The notes below the pieces were generated by a model, which worked only from the letters and a program-made list of their open reading frames with translations, made no database searches and was not told the origin of the DNA. Positions 26,131 through 36,506 of a DNA stretch of 55,489 nt are shown piece by piece; the stretch's first letter is position 1; each line of letters starts with the position of its first letter. The position numbers and the translations under genes were made by a program. The stretch is from a virus (lineage: Duplodnaviria > Caudoviricetes), in IMG/VR virus record IMGVR_UViG_3300030106_004677, positions 1 through 55,489 of that record; one strand, given 5' to 3'.

Positions 26131-28023
26131 TTATCTGCGTCTTGCTCGGTATCCAGCAAACGGGTCGGCATTGATCATGCCTCCACCGGCTGCGCGCCTT
26201 GGCATCGAGTCTCTATACTGGGCTCTGCGCCTACGCATCTCAAGATCAGCCATCAACTGCTGGAGAGGATCGGGTTGCTTAAACGAATCCAGCCTGTCTT
26301 GCTGATTTCCCATCTCTTCCAGCATCTGTAAAACAGAGTCTGGGAGTTGGGGTTGCTCTTGATACTGCTGTTTAGCTTGTTCAAGCCGTTCTTGCTGGGC
26401 ACCCATCTCTGCCAACATTTGCTGAACCGAATCCGGCATCGGGGGCTGCTGACCGGGCACCGGACCCGATAGAAGATCTTCTGCCTGCTGCTGGCCACTG
26501 AGCAAAGCGTCCTGCTGCTGGCGCCGGCGCTGAAAGTCATCGATTAGGGATACAGTGCCTTCCCGGCGCGGACGCGCCGGCGTGCTTGGCGTCCTGCCGC
26601 GCCGCTCAGGCATGTAACGAGCCCGCTGGTCTCGCACCTGAGATTGGGGTGAAGGCGGCCGGTAGCCGGGTTGCCCGCGTTGGGGCTCATAGCCAGTGCC
26701 AAGCCGGGAACCGCCTCCGCCGGGGCCTTGCAACGGTTCGCGTTGCGGCATAGGTTGCCCACCGGGGCCGAACCGAATTTGATCGGGAGGTGTCGGTAGC
26801 GGCGATGCCGCCAACGGGCCACCGGCCAAGTCCTCTTGCATGTTGAGCGATTTTTTGTATCGCGAGATCGCCGCATCTCGGGCGCGTTCTGTCGGGCCGT
26901 AGTAAAGTGGCTGGTAAGAATCTCGGACAGTTTGCTCTTCTACCATGCGCTGCTCAATGGCAGCTCGGTTGTCAGGCAGGCGGCGCTGTTCAAGAGGCGC
27001 TTGTCGTTGCCGTTGACGCTCTCGGGCACGTTGATCGCGGCGATATTGCGCTGCAATCATGCCCGGCTTGCTCCGCATCGGGTCATCAAGGGAGCCAACC
27101 GCTCCCCCAGCAGGCACCATCGGGCCAACTTCGCGCTCTATAACTTCTTCTCTCCGCTGTTGGCGGCGTGCATCAGCCGGAGAAATACGACGGCGACGTG
27201 CCGGCAAAGAATCGACACCGCCGCGACGACGGCGTCTGCGCCGGGTCATGCCACCACGTCTCATCATCAGAGGGTCGTTGTAATTCATCACAGGGCCTCC
27301 TTGGGCCATTCCGGGGGGAGGCGGGGTGAGCGCGCTCATGACCAGTCTTTGTGCGTTGGGCTTGCCTTCAAATGCCATGCCGGCAACCTCTGCCAGCGGA
27401 TTCTGCATGATTTTCATCCATTCCATGCTCATCTTAATCGGATCGACAATTTTGGAGTACCGGTTCTCGACCGACTCAATTGCGCCTCTGCCTGCTCGCT
27501 CGGCTGGCGCCAACCTATCGATGGCCCGGCCAAACGGGTTTCTTGATGCGAGGTCACCAACCCATTCATCGCCCAAGTCAAGCAGACCTTCGATTCCGCC
27601 GGTGATTCTGCCGGTGCCGGGCAAGATGCTGAACAGTTCATTGAGCGCGCGAATCCCAGCAGTCGGACCAAATCTTGCCATCGCTCCCTGCACGATTCGG
27701 TCAATGAGGCTCATGTTTTGAGAAGCATCGACCAGCGCAGACTCCACCGAATCCGGCACTTCCGACTCAAGATTCTCGGCCAACTCCTCGGCCAACTCTT
27801 CAGCCATCTTTTCTTCATGCTGGGCCTGCTGAAGAGCAAGACCTTCGTTAATTTGCCGCTGGATGTCGTCCGAGATGCCGGTCTGATAGCCCTCGCCCTG
27901 CGTTAGTGAGCTGGGCAGCCCTTGCTGATTATCGAAAAACCCAATCGGCATCCCCGTCAAAAAGTCGATGCTGTTGGCAACATTCGGATCGTCTCGCGTT
28001 GCCGTGACTGTAATGTTTTCCAT
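26131..28023 (-). CDS. Low-complexity Q/P/R-rich protein, putative internal virion protein (630 aa)
   Basis: In the structural run; MAQGGPV motif; poly-Arg stretch. Confidence 0.55.
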   Translation of the reverse strand: MENITVTATRDDPNVANSIDFLTGMPIGFFDNQQGLPSSLTQGEGYQTGISDDIQRQINEGLALQQAQHEEKMAEELAEELAENLESEVPDSVESALVDASQNMSLIDRIVQGAMARFGPTAGIRALNELFSILPGTGRITGGIEGLLDLGDEWVGDLASRNPFGRAIDRLAPAERAGRGAIESVENRYSKIVDPIKMSMEWMKIMQNPLAEVAGMAFEGKPNAQRLVMSALTPPPPGMAQGGPVMNYNDPLMMRRGGMTRRRRRRRGGVDSLPARRRRISPADARRQQRREEVIEREVGPMVPAGGAVGSLDDPMRSKPGMIAAQYRRDQRARERQRQRQAPLEQRRLPDNRAAIEQRMVEEQTVRDSYQPLYYGPTERARDAAISRYKKSLNMQEDLAGGPLAASPLPTPPDQIRFGPGGQPMPQREPLQGPGGGGSRLGTGYEPQRGQPGYRPPSPQSQVRDQRARYMPERRGRTPSTPARPRREGTVSLIDDFQRRRQQQDALLSGQQQAEDLLSGPVPGQQPPMPDSVQQMLAEMGAQQERLEQAKQQYQEQPQLPDSVLQMLEEMGNQQDRLDSFKQPDPLQQLMADLEMRRRRAQYRDSMPRRAAGGGMINADPFAGYRARRR

Positions 28024-28050
28024 CGCAGGCTCTGTTATTTGTTACAGGGG

Positions 28051-29406
28051 CTATGAAGCTTGCTGCTGACCGTATCCCGCGTAGGGGTTCATGTAGCTGC
28101 CGAGAGCCCCGGCCGCGCTAAGTCCTACGCCAAGCCCCGCCTGAAGCGGATTAGCACCCGGCGTAAAGTCGGTCCTAATGCCGCTTGGGCCTGTTTGTTG
28201 GCCGGCCATCGAGACAAACGGCATCAAGGCCTGATATTGCATCAGCGGCGCCATCTGCGCCTGCTGCAGCATTTGCCGCTGCGCGTCGAGAATGTTTTGC
28301 TGGTAGCCTTGTTGCAGCGCGCCGATACCGCTCAACGCTGCGATGTCAGCTTGGTTGGCCGCCTGCATCTGCCCGCCCAAGCCTTGCATGAACCCGCCAT
28401 AGCCCTGTTGCGCGCCAAGTCGTTGCGCGCCGGCGCTTCCGTAAACGTTTCCGAGATTGCCGTATCCTGCGGCGAGCGTGCTTGCGGTTCCCATCCCGGC
28501 TTGACCGGCTCCGGTGCGGGCGCCCATCCCGGCCTGACCAAGATTGCTAAGTGCGCCGGCAGCCTGCCGTTTAGCGGCTTGTTGCCGGCCAAATTCTCCC
28601 ATCGCCGCGCTTTGGGCTTGTTGATGTCCTCGGCTGCGGATGCCGCCAATTTCTTTTGCCAGTCCACGCCCGACCGCTTCGGCCCGGTCGCCGGCAGCAA
28701 GGCCGGCCCTAGAGCCAAATGCGCTTTCTCCGCCCGACCCGATAGCTTGCGCGATGGCCTGCTGATCGGTGCGTGCCAACCCCTGCATCGCGTCGTCTAC
28801 GGTTTGATCGACCACCCGCTGCTCATAAGGATCGTAGTAGTCCTGAGTCATGCTCTGATCGAACTCGCCCAAAGTGTCCCTGTAGAGACCTCTGGCTTCG
28901 TCTATGCCTCCGAGCGCATCCTGAAGGCCCAACATGCGTTGTGCTTCTTCGTAGCCTGCGGCGCCTTTCAGAGTGCTCATGCCTCTCTGGCCTTGCAGCA
29001 ACTGCTGGTCGAGCCCGTAATCTAATGCGCCGATGCCACTGGCATAAGCGTCTCGCGCCTGCTCCAGAAACGGCTGCTGAATGCCGACATTTTTTCGCGT
29101 TAGATCAAACGCCGCCACCTGATCTGGCGTGAAGTCCGCGTACTCCTGACCTACGACGAGCGGCTTGCCTTCGTCATCGAAAAACGCGCTTTCTGCCGCA
29201 GCAAATGCGCCCGGAATAAAGCCGCCTTGTAGCGTGCCGGAGGCATCCGGCATGCCGTACAGAAGCTGGGCCATCCACGGGTCCATGCGCCGGTCTTCTC
29301 GCGAGACACTTGCCACATAGGCAGGAGCGTCAACTGCCGAATCATCTTCGACCTCACCGCCCTCTTGGTATCGGCGAATTAACGATGCTATTCCTCGGTT
29401 GTTCAT
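28051..29406 (-). CDS. Putative DNA-transfer/ejection protein (G/A/Q-rich, 451 aa)
   Basis: Gly/Ala/Gln-rich with a hydrophobic C-terminal GLGVGLSAAGALG segment, as in podovirus pilot/ejection proteins. Confidence 0.62.
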   Translation of the reverse strand: MNNRGIASLIRRYQEGGEVEDDSAVDAPAYVASVSREDRRMDPWMAQLLYGMPDASGTLQGGFIPGAFAAAESAFFDDEGKPLVVGQEYADFTPDQVAAFDLTRKNVGIQQPFLEQARDAYASGIGALDYGLDQQLLQGQRGMSTLKGAAGYEEAQRMLGLQDALGGIDEARGLYRDTLGEFDQSMTQDYYDPYEQRVVDQTVDDAMQGLARTDQQAIAQAIGSGGESAFGSRAGLAAGDRAEAVGRGLAKEIGGIRSRGHQQAQSAAMGEFGRQQAAKRQAAGALSNLGQAGMGARTGAGQAGMGTASTLAAGYGNLGNVYGSAGAQRLGAQQGYGGFMQGLGGQMQAANQADIAALSGIGALQQGYQQNILDAQRQMLQQAQMAPLMQYQALMPFVSMAGQQTGPSGIRTDFTPGANPLQAGLGVGLSAAGALGSYMNPYAGYGQQQAS

Positions 29407-31208
29407 GCCGTGGTCTCCGCTGGGGCTTCAGCGTGGCCGCTGAAAATATCCATCATTTTGTACATCAACTGGGTGCCCTGATCTCGGCTCTCTGAGCCGG
29501 ATGGCGTCAGCGTGATGATGCCCCCGTCTTGGCTCATGTCGAATGCGCCCGCGCCGCGAACGGCTTGGCCTGTCATTACGAACTCACCATCTGACAACAT
29601 GGCCGGCACCTCATCGCTGATCTCGGTGCCCTCTCCATCGATGCCGCCGTCCATCTCAACAAACTCAGCCGCGCTGACGTTGCCGCCGTTGGCGTAGGCC
29701 ATGACGTGCCCGCCGTACCGTCCGGTTGCGGTCTCAGGCTTGCGCCTGCCGCCGCTTAAAGTCGGCATGGTGTTGGCGGGCAGCAGCCCAAACTCAACCG
29801 GGTTGGCCCGGCCGCCACCTTCTCTGCGAGCTATCTCATCGGCGATGTTGTATCGCCCGTAAGCATCCATCTGCGTTAGGGGAATGAGCGGCACGCCCTT
29901 TTGGTCCTTGGCCTCGTCATAGGCCAGCTTGGCCAATATGCCGGCGATGCCCAGCGGCAACAGATTGCTCAGGGCGCCACCCCCTCCGAACAGGCTGCCC
30001 AGCCCGCTGCTCGTGCCAGCCTCGTTGCTGCCAAATAGAAAATCTTGCACTCGCCCCGTGGAGTCGAACCCCAACTGGTCGTCAATAAACTCCGACAGCA
30101 CATTCCCTTGCCCGGTCGGATTGAAGAAGGAGGCAGAAGGAAGCTCTAACTCTCGCAAAATTTCGCCAGCAGCCATGTTTTGAAATTCTAGGTCATCAAT
30201 GCGATCCGCCATGGCCGGATCAAGATCAGCACTTGCTCTAATATTTGCCAAAATCTCTTCATCAGTGAGTCGCCTCTCTCCTGAGAACGTGGCGCTTGTG
30301 CCGAGATCGTAAGCCTCGCGAAGAAACTTGGCAGGGTCTCTCAGGTTTTTGAGGCCGCCATACATTTCTAAGCCGGTGTCTTTGAAGCTTCCGCCGATCC
30401 CTTCAAGCAAGCCCATAATGCCGTCGCTTCCGGCACTTCTAGCTTGAAGGGCGCCAAGGTTGTCAAAAAGCGAACCGCCCCCCGTCGCACCTGTCAGTGC
30501 AGCTACTGCTAGAAGCGGATTGGTATCGCCCTTAACAGCGTCGTAAACGGTGCCGGCTTTTGAGGCGATCGCAGCCAATGGCTGCCAAGGCCCCGGGATA
30601 AACTGAGCAACCTGCGCGACGGGTCGAACAATTTTTTTGATGGCCTTCTTCGCCGACTTCCTCGTTTTTTTCCACCAGTCGCCGACGCCAAACTCTTCCA
30701 AGCCGGTGATAGGGTTAAGCGAGGCGATGCCGCCTCCGACTACATAAGCCTCCGGGTCCAGATCGACTTCCGCAAATCTTCGCCCGACCGCTCGCTCAAA
30801 CTCGGGATCGCTCATCATCCGGGTCGGCAAGACCACCTCTCCGGGGGTCAAATGCGCGAGGGTCGTGTCCTCTCCGCGACCGGCTTGTGACAGTTCAATG
30901 GCCATATCAGCCAGAGGCGCTTGCGATCCAACTACAGCCGACTCGGTCAGGCCCTTGAGGTATTCGGACTCGCCTTGGTCTTCTACAAGTCCTTGTGCCG
31001 CCATCAGCCCGTCGATCGCGCTAATAAGCGCCTCGTCAGGTGGCGCGGGGTTCTCTTCAACCGCCTCGATCTGCATCATGGATTCCGGCGTCGCGAGTTC
31101 TTCGACCATTTCGTCGCCAAAAACTTCGCCGCCTGCACGCATAGCGATAGGCTCCTCGGGTTCGTCTGCCATCAGGGAGCTGATTCGTTGTGCTAGAAAG
31201 GTGTTCAT
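29403..31208 (-). CDS. Putative internal virion protein
   Basis: Start MNTFLAQR (ATGA overlap); GRGEDTTLAHLTPGEVV, INP-like LNPITGLEEF and SDEVPAMLSDGEFV motifs. Confidence 0.62.
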   Translation of the reverse strand: MNTFLAQRISSLMADEPEEPIAMRAGGEVFGDEMVEELATPESMMQIEAVEENPAPPDEALISAIDGLMAAQGLVEDQGESEYLKGLTESAVVGSQAPLADMAIELSQAGRGEDTTLAHLTPGEVVLPTRMMSDPEFERAVGRRFAEVDLDPEAYVVGGGIASLNPITGLEEFGVGDWWKKTRKSAKKAIKKIVRPVAQVAQFIPGPWQPLAAIASKAGTVYDAVKGDTNPLLAVAALTGATGGGSLFDNLGALQARSAGSDGIMGLLEGIGGSFKDTGLEMYGGLKNLRDPAKFLREAYDLGTSATFSGERRLTDEEILANIRASADLDPAMADRIDDLEFQNMAAGEILRELELPSASFFNPTGQGNVLSEFIDDQLGFDSTGRVQDFLFGSNEAGTSSGLGSLFGGGGALSNLLPLGIAGILAKLAYDEAKDQKGVPLIPLTQMDAYGRYNIADEIARREGGGRANPVEFGLLPANTMPTLSGGRRKPETATGRYGGHVMAYANGGNVSAAEFVEMDGGIDGEGTEISDEVPAMLSDGEFVMTGQAVRGAGAFDMSQDGGIITLTPSGSESRDQGTQLMYKMMDIFSGHAEAPAETTA

Positions 31209-31516
31209 GAAATGGTCACCGTGACTGATCCTACGCTGGCTGTCGCACTTACCCCGGTCGGATAAGTTTGATGAGAATAGAGGTCTCGGAAGGAGCCTCC
31301 GTCCCACGCCTGATGGATCTGGGTTGTCGAATTAAAAATAATAGCGCCTGTCGCGAACGAATGCTCACTGATTTCGGTAGCATTAAAATGGGGTGAAATC
31401 GTGTAATCAATCGACCCTAAGTTAATTTCCAGCACTCGCACAAGGCGGTTAAACGTATCTGACTGAACATCACCAACGGATGCGAGCGGCAGGCGCGTTT
31501 CAAGTAATTTGCTCAC
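31205..31516 (-). CDS. Small structural protein
   Basis: GTGA overlap with the nozzle stop; ends ATASVGSVTVTIS. Confidence 0.6.
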   Translation of the reverse strand: MSKLLETRLPLASVGDVQSDTFNRLVRVLEINLGSIDYTISPHFNATEISEHSFATGAIIFNSTTQIHQAWDGGSFRDLYSHQTYPTGVSATASVGSVTVTIS

Positions 31517-33402
31517 CGCCGGCCACTCGGTTGGAGTTCGATTCGCGTGCTGCCGACTCGCCATTTATAACCGAGCTGGCTGTCGCCGTCGTCATCGGAC
31601 TCAAAGCGAAAAACTACCTGCCGCGCGCGCGACCGAAGGCTGTTGTAGGTGGAACTTTCCGTGATTTGAGTTGTGCTGTCAGTTGTCAGGGATTGGCCGG
31701 GGAAATCTCTTCGCTTCAACACCACATTCATTGCCGGGGTCGTAGACACGCCGGGCTCAATCACAAATTTGGTGTCTGGGATAATTTTTTTAATGAAGCT
31801 AAAGTTTTCTCCGCTTGAGACATCTAAGTCGGCAGACTCAGCAAACACGTTAGTCATGGCCGCGCCGTTGTCGTCAAATCCGGTCTCGTGCTGAAAAAGA
31901 CAATTTTGGCTGTCGGCTTGAGCGCCGGCCAAAGGCACATCTTCCACACCGGCGTCCTGCCATCCGTATCTGACGAGCGAGCCAATTGACCAGTTGTTTT
32001 CTTCATAATTGAAAATGACGTATCTGGAAACCTCTCCCGTTCCATCGGTTATAGAGGGGTAGAAGAACCAGACCTCTCCAAACTCGCTGTTTGTGCCAAA
32101 GAAACATTTGAAAGACTGGCCCTGATCGATGTCCTCAAAGACATATTCCTGAACGGTGCAAGGCAGTTTTTGAACCGAGCCGTTATAAAAATAGAAGCCG
32201 GTTTTGGAAGCAAAATAAACGCCATTCGGCGCATTTGTCGCGCCCTTTGGAGAGATCAACCCTGCGCCTTCGTTGACGAGGTTCACGGCAAACGTCAGCG
32301 GAGGCCCAATGAAATTCATCGAGTAAAGCGACGTGTCAGTCCATATCAGAATTTCTTGGCGGGACTTAACGGCCCCGACAATGAATGATCCGCTCGACAA
32401 CCGAACAGATCCGGCCGTGTTGGTCGAGGTCGGCTCAAACTGAAGCTCATTTTCTTGCGTCGAAAACGCAACCAACATCGGATCAACGACGTTGGTGCGG
32501 AGGTTATCGACAATGGGGTCGGCGCCTAGCACCACTAGGTGCCGGTCGGTTTCTGAGGTGATAACTTGCAAGCCCACCGTAGGCACTAGGTTGGCCCCGG
32601 AGGTTGTTGCAAGTTCTGCCGCCCGAACCGTAATGCCGCTGTTCTCAACCCACCTGTAGATGCCGGCGCCGCGCACGTTGATAATTAAGTTTTCGCCGTA
32701 ATTGTCGTGCGTCCATGTTCTTAGCTGGTTGACCGCACTGATTGCGCTTGCAGAGCCAAACGTGCCAGAGCCCCATGTGCCCAGTCCGAAACCTGATCCC
32801 TGCACATACGTGTCGAGGCCAACATTGATCTGGTAAACGCCGACCACGCTGCTACCGCCGTTGCCGCTGTCGCTGCTGTTTGCGGTGACCGTGTCGCCAT
32901 CGGTATCTTTGGCGGTGATCGTGTAAGCGTTCGCACTTGTGACGAGGTCAATCTGATATTCCTGATTCAGAACTTCGGCGGTGACCAGTCCGCCTAGACT
33001 GGCAGCTCCAGAAAACGTGACGTAGTCGCCGTTGACCGCGCCATGCGCCGTGTCGGCTACGGTGACCGTAGAGCTGCCGTTTGTAGCGGCGAATGTAACG
33101 TCACCGGCTGACGTGGTCGCCCGAATCGGCGTCACATCATTATAGATGCCGCCTTCCTCGACGTAGTATTTTGAGGTCGTTCCAATGCCGATGTAGCGCG
33201 TGCCACCCAAGCTGATCCACGAGTGAATTGCGCGAGCGATGCCAAGAAAATAAGCACTGCCCTCTTTGCGCCACCCACCAATCTTTTCAATAGCGCCTTT
33301 GCGGAAGCGCACAAGATTGGCGTTGACCCAGCCGCCTTTTGCGGAGTAATCGGTGCCCTCCCGATTCACTCCGGGCTGAAAATCGAGCTGCTGAAGCGGC
33401 AT
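31513..33402 (-). CDS. Tail nozzle/stabilisation protein (P22 gp10 / T7 gp12-like)
   Basis: Start MPLQQLDFQPG; beta-rich 629 aa; position between adaptor-like and ejection-type genes. Confidence 0.7.
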   Translation of the reverse strand: MPLQQLDFQPGVNREGTDYSAKGGWVNANLVRFRKGAIEKIGGWRKEGSAYFLGIARAIHSWISLGGTRYIGIGTTSKYYVEEGGIYNDVTPIRATTSAGDVTFAATNGSSTVTVADTAHGAVNGDYVTFSGAASLGGLVTAEVLNQEYQIDLVTSANAYTITAKDTDGDTVTANSSDSGNGGSSVVGVYQINVGLDTYVQGSGFGLGTWGSGTFGSASAISAVNQLRTWTHDNYGENLIINVRGAGIYRWVENSGITVRAAELATTSGANLVPTVGLQVITSETDRHLVVLGADPIVDNLRTNVVDPMLVAFSTQENELQFEPTSTNTAGSVRLSSGSFIVGAVKSRQEILIWTDTSLYSMNFIGPPLTFAVNLVNEGAGLISPKGATNAPNGVYFASKTGFYFYNGSVQKLPCTVQEYVFEDIDQGQSFKCFFGTNSEFGEVWFFYPSITDGTGEVSRYVIFNYEENNWSIGSLVRYGWQDAGVEDVPLAGAQADSQNCLFQHETGFDDNGAAMTNVFAESADLDVSSGENFSFIKKIIPDTKFVIEPGVSTTPAMNVVLKRRDFPGQSLTTDSTTQITESSTYNSLRSRARQVVFRFESDDDGDSQLGYKWRVGSTRIELQPSGRR

Positions 33403-33403
33403 A

Positions 33404-33832
33404 TCAGGCGAGCCTGATGATGGCGCCCGTGGCAGTCGGCGAAGGAAACACAACCGTAAAGTCGCCGGCCGTGGAGGTCTTGTCGCCGCCAAAATCTATC
33501 GCGCAGACTGCTTTGTCGCTTTGCGTGTCGTTATAGATCAAACACCCGCGCGCAGTGACCGTGGCAGTGCCAAAAGTCAAATCTGCGAAGTCGCATACAG
33601 CAGTGGTGCCCGACGTGGTCGGCGTCACAGACGTAAGCGCAGAGCCGCCGGCCGTGTAATTCGTGCCGCTGGCCTGACCCGTGGTTACGTAGGCGGTGGT
33701 GCCTGCGCCAAGCGTGGCGCTAGACGTGTATAGCGCGAGCTTAAACGAGTTACCGGAAGAGGCAGTAAAATTGTGCGTTCCAACCAGCAATTCTTGCTTG
33801 AAGCTAGTCGCGATTGCAGAGGTAATGGCCAT
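33404..33832 (-). CDS. Virion structural protein (142 aa)
   Basis: T/S/G/A-rich beta protein (FKLALYTSSA...DFGGDKTST) in the tail module. Confidence 0.7.
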   Translation of the reverse strand: MAITSAIATSFKQELLVGTHNFTASSGNSFKLALYTSSATLGAGTTAYVTTGQASGTNYTAGGSALTSVTPTTSGTTAVCDFADLTFGTATVTARGCLIYNDTQSDKAVCAIDFGGDKTSTAGDFTVVFPSPTATGAIIRLA

Positions 33833-33840
33833 AAAGCATC

Positions 33841-34125
33841 CTAAAGTTGCTTAATAACATCCGCCATATCGGCGTGGCCTTGACTAGCCAACAAACCTCT
33901 TATCGTGACTCGGTCAGATGCCACCGCAGAGCGGACACCTGCCAATATTAACTGGTACACCTGTTCTCTGAAAGCCTCAGCCTGAAGCCTGATATGCGGG
34001 TCAGCCTCGGCTGAGATTCCCACAATTTTATTAGTGATCTGGGTCGCCCAAAACTCGGGGTCGTGGCCTCGATTTTCGGTGGTCGAGACCATCACATTGC
34101 CCAGCTTAAAGCTCGCGTCGCTCAT
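33841..34125 (-). CDS. Hypothetical protein
   Basis: Coupled ORF in the structural run. Confidence 0.7.
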   Translation of the reverse strand: MSDASFKLGNVMVSTTENRGHDPEFWATQITNKIVGISAEADPHIRLQAEAFREQVYQLILAGVRSAVASDRVTIRGLLASQGHADMADVIKQL

Positions 34126-34844
34126 CCTTTGTAGGGCTCTGGCGCAGACGGCAAATCAACGGTTTGAAGGTTGTGTTTTTCGACCATGTCGGCAAGCCTC
34201 GACTTGTGGCAAACCACCCACTGCCCAGCCGGGTCAGGCATCGCTACCACCGGGTCGTCCAGCCGATGATACCCGTACAAACGCTCGTCAATCTCGACAT
34301 TGCTGTCCAGCAGCGAGGATCGGGGGCTGGTGCCTATGCCAATCCCGGCTTCGATGCATTTGCAAATCCAGAACTCAACGCAGGCTCGGCCGGCCTCAGC
34401 AAAATGCAGGTTGTGCTTGTAAGAAAAGTCCATGCCAAACAAGTCCATGTGTTTGACTTTATTGAACAGGCCAAACGCAATGGAATACGACACGGTCGTG
34501 TTGAGATAGGCGCATCTGGTGGTTTCAACGACTTCAGCAAGCGGGTATTCGACAATCGCCGGAACGCGCTCGTCCATCTCGCAGGAGTAAATCGGCTTGT
34601 CAAAAGTCGGCAGCAACCGGCGCATGACATCGGTTTGGTTGCCGGCATCCTCTGTATCGAGGTATCGACTCGCCGGGTCCATCATGAAAACGCGGTCGCA
34701 CTCAAAGACGGACAAGGCGCTGTTGATGCACCAAACTTCGTCCCACTGTTTTGAATTTTCTACTGAGATTACATAGTCGATTTGGGACGCACCCAAACCG
34801 ATAATCGAAATCTTTTTCCCTTCAAGGCTTGGGTCAATAGGCAC
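34122..34844 (-). CDS. Rossmann-like enzyme, possibly glycosyltransferase/Maf-like
   Basis: IIGLGAS, WCINSA, FMMD, TTVSYSIAFG and LFGMDFSY pattern; family assignment is tentative. Confidence 0.5.
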   Translation of the reverse strand: MPIDPSLEGKKISIIGLGASQIDYVISVENSKQWDEVWCINSALSVFECDRVFMMDPASRYLDTEDAGNQTDVMRRLLPTFDKPIYSCEMDERVPAIVEYPLAEVVETTRCAYLNTTVSYSIAFGLFNKVKHMDLFGMDFSYKHNLHFAEAGRACVEFWICKCIEAGIGIGTSPRSSLLDSNVEIDERLYGYHRLDDPVVAMPDPAGQWVVCHKSRLADMVEKHNLQTVDLPSAPEPYKG

Positions 34845-35491
34845 TAAGAGATTCCTGTACGTAGCATGTCATATCGGAACTCGTCTCGGGTTTCGCGACC
34901 GGAACTCAAGTTCCGCATACGCTCTAAACCTTCCTTAAAACGAGTTTCAAATGTGGCAATTACGTCAGGAGTTTCTTTGAGAAAGAGAGCTGCTTCCACT
35001 AGCGTGCCGTACAGCAAAGGATCGGGATGATCCGTAGATAGTACCGTTGTGCCACTGTCCCCCTGAGCCGTCAATGATGCCGGTTTATAGAGGTAATGAA
35101 GCTCGACGGTGTAACCGCTGTTTGGGACAGGTGACAGCTCAAAAGCCGTGTTGTCGAACAGCGAATAATACTTTGGCCGCCCCGTCGTCGTAGTCGTCGG
35201 GCTGAACTCCTTGATAAAGCTGGGGTGCTTAAAATCAAGGTAGTAATACTTGCTGCTGTCGATCACCGCTAATGAGAAAGGTGCATAAAAATCGCTAGGC
35301 GTTGCCAAAAAACGATTAGACGCCGTTAAAGCGCCTTGCACATTTTTACGTTGCTCAGGCAGTTGAACCGACTTGAAAATCCGGGCCTCGGCCTGCTGGA
35401 TAAACGTGTTCAGATTGTTGTTGAAGGTCGTTTCGCTGACCTGCAAATAGTCTTGAACAGTGCTTTTCAGTGTCGCTAACGTGAAACTCAT
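34844..35491 (-). CDS. Head-tail adaptor-like protein
   Basis: FIQQAEARI, GRPKYY, LSPVPNSGYTVELHY, LLYGTLVEA. Confidence 0.68.
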   Translation of the reverse strand: MSFTLATLKSTVQDYLQVSETTFNNNLNTFIQQAEARIFKSVQLPEQRKNVQGALTASNRFLATPSDFYAPFSLAVIDSSKYYYLDFKHPSFIKEFSPTTTTTGRPKYYSLFDNTAFELSPVPNSGYTVELHYLYKPASLTAQGDSGTTVLSTDHPDPLLYGTLVEAALFLKETPDVIATFETRFKEGLERMRNLSSGRETRDEFRYDMLRTGIS

Positions 35492-35811
35492 GTAATCGTA
35501 ATCTCCACGGTGCCGACACTAGCAGTGATTTCAAAGGTTTGCAAAATTGTGCCCAGTTGTCCAACGCCCACGTTCGTATAAACCGTGAACGCCGTGCCGT
35601 CGCGTCCATCGGAGCTAGGGTCAGGTCTTGGGTCTTTCAGCGCCTGCGGGTCGAGCGGCGTTGGTTTCCGCTCTAACTGAGGGTGCTTGGGGCTCCACTG
35701 ATCGGGGCCAACCAGCAACCCATCCCACGTTTTTTTCATATCGCGCAGGCGATAGCGAAACCCCGTGATGTCACAGATTCCCCACGCCCGTTTGTTCGAT
35801 GCAAACGACAT
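35488..35811 (-). CDS. Conserved-looking phage protein
   Basis: CDITGFRY...KHPQL...DPRPD; coupled to both neighbours. Confidence 0.68.
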   Translation of the reverse strand: MSFASNKRAWGICDITGFRYRLRDMKKTWDGLLVGPDQWSPKHPQLERKPTPLDPQALKDPRPDPSSDGRDGTAFTVYTNVGVGQLGTILQTFEITASVGTVEITIT

Positions 35812-36506
35812 CAGGCGATGTTGTAGTTTCTGAGGTCAGGCGACACGCGGAAGCTCGCGCGCTCCTCGTCTTGACTGAGGGCGCGATCAAATTCTTCCTC
35901 GTACAGGGCTTTCAACATCTGTACGCGGTCTGGCGCTTTTTTCAGCGCAATGTAATAAGCGAGCCCGGCAGCAAGACACGGATAGAACCGAAACGGCACC
36001 TGCATCGTATTTGCACCGGCGTCTGCATCGTCCATTCGGGTTAGCGCGTTGACGTAAATCGTGTAGGTGCTGCTCTTGTCCGGGGCCGGCCAGACCGTAA
36101 TCGTTGGGCTCAGAAGCTTGTTCACGTAGAACTGGTTAGGCTTTCCGGTCGTGCTTTTGGTCGCTACGTGGCTGTACTCTGCGCGGCTCATCCGGCTAAG
36201 CGGCACGTCCGTCGCAGTGCCGCCAATCGTCTCGCGAATGAAAACGTCAAGCACATCAATGGTTGCCGTGGGCGTGGTGCTGTCCACGTCATAAACCGTC
36301 GTGTCGGCAACCATCGGTATGGTCTTTTGAGCCACAGTCCATTGGTTTAACCCACGGTTTGACCACTCAGCCAACATCAGGTTAAGAGAGCGCGTAGCGG
36401 TTTTGAGGTCGTAGCCTGTCCTCAGCTCAAGGCCGCACCGCTCAAAGGCCTCCTCGACGTAATCGGCTACGTCCAGCTCAAAATCCTTACTTCCGCTTAC
36501 CGCCAT
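35811..36506 (-). CDS. Head-tail adaptor/tail tubular protein-like
   Basis: LNLMLAEWSNRG, GKPNQFY, VWPAPD, LAAGLAYY; resembles the 34844-35491 protein. Confidence 0.7.
   Translation of the reverse strand: MAVSGSKDFELDVADYVEEAFERCGLELRTGYDLKTATRSLNLMLAEWSNRGLNQWTVAQKTIPMVADTTVYDVDSTTPTATIDVLDVFIRETIGGTATDVPLSRMSRAEYSHVATKSTTGKPNQFYVNKLLSPTITVWPAPDKSSTYTIYVNALTRMDDADAGANTMQVPFRFYPCLAAGLAYYIALKKAPDRVQMLKALYEEEFDRALSQDEERASFRVSPDLRNYNIA

Noticed and set aside
28060-29025. Long plus-strand ORFs antisense to structural or replication genes (also 3581-4282, 10152-10898, 26836-27546)
   Set aside because: Shadow ORFs of GC-rich coding sequence with no motifs; the opposite strand holds the coherent, coupled genes.
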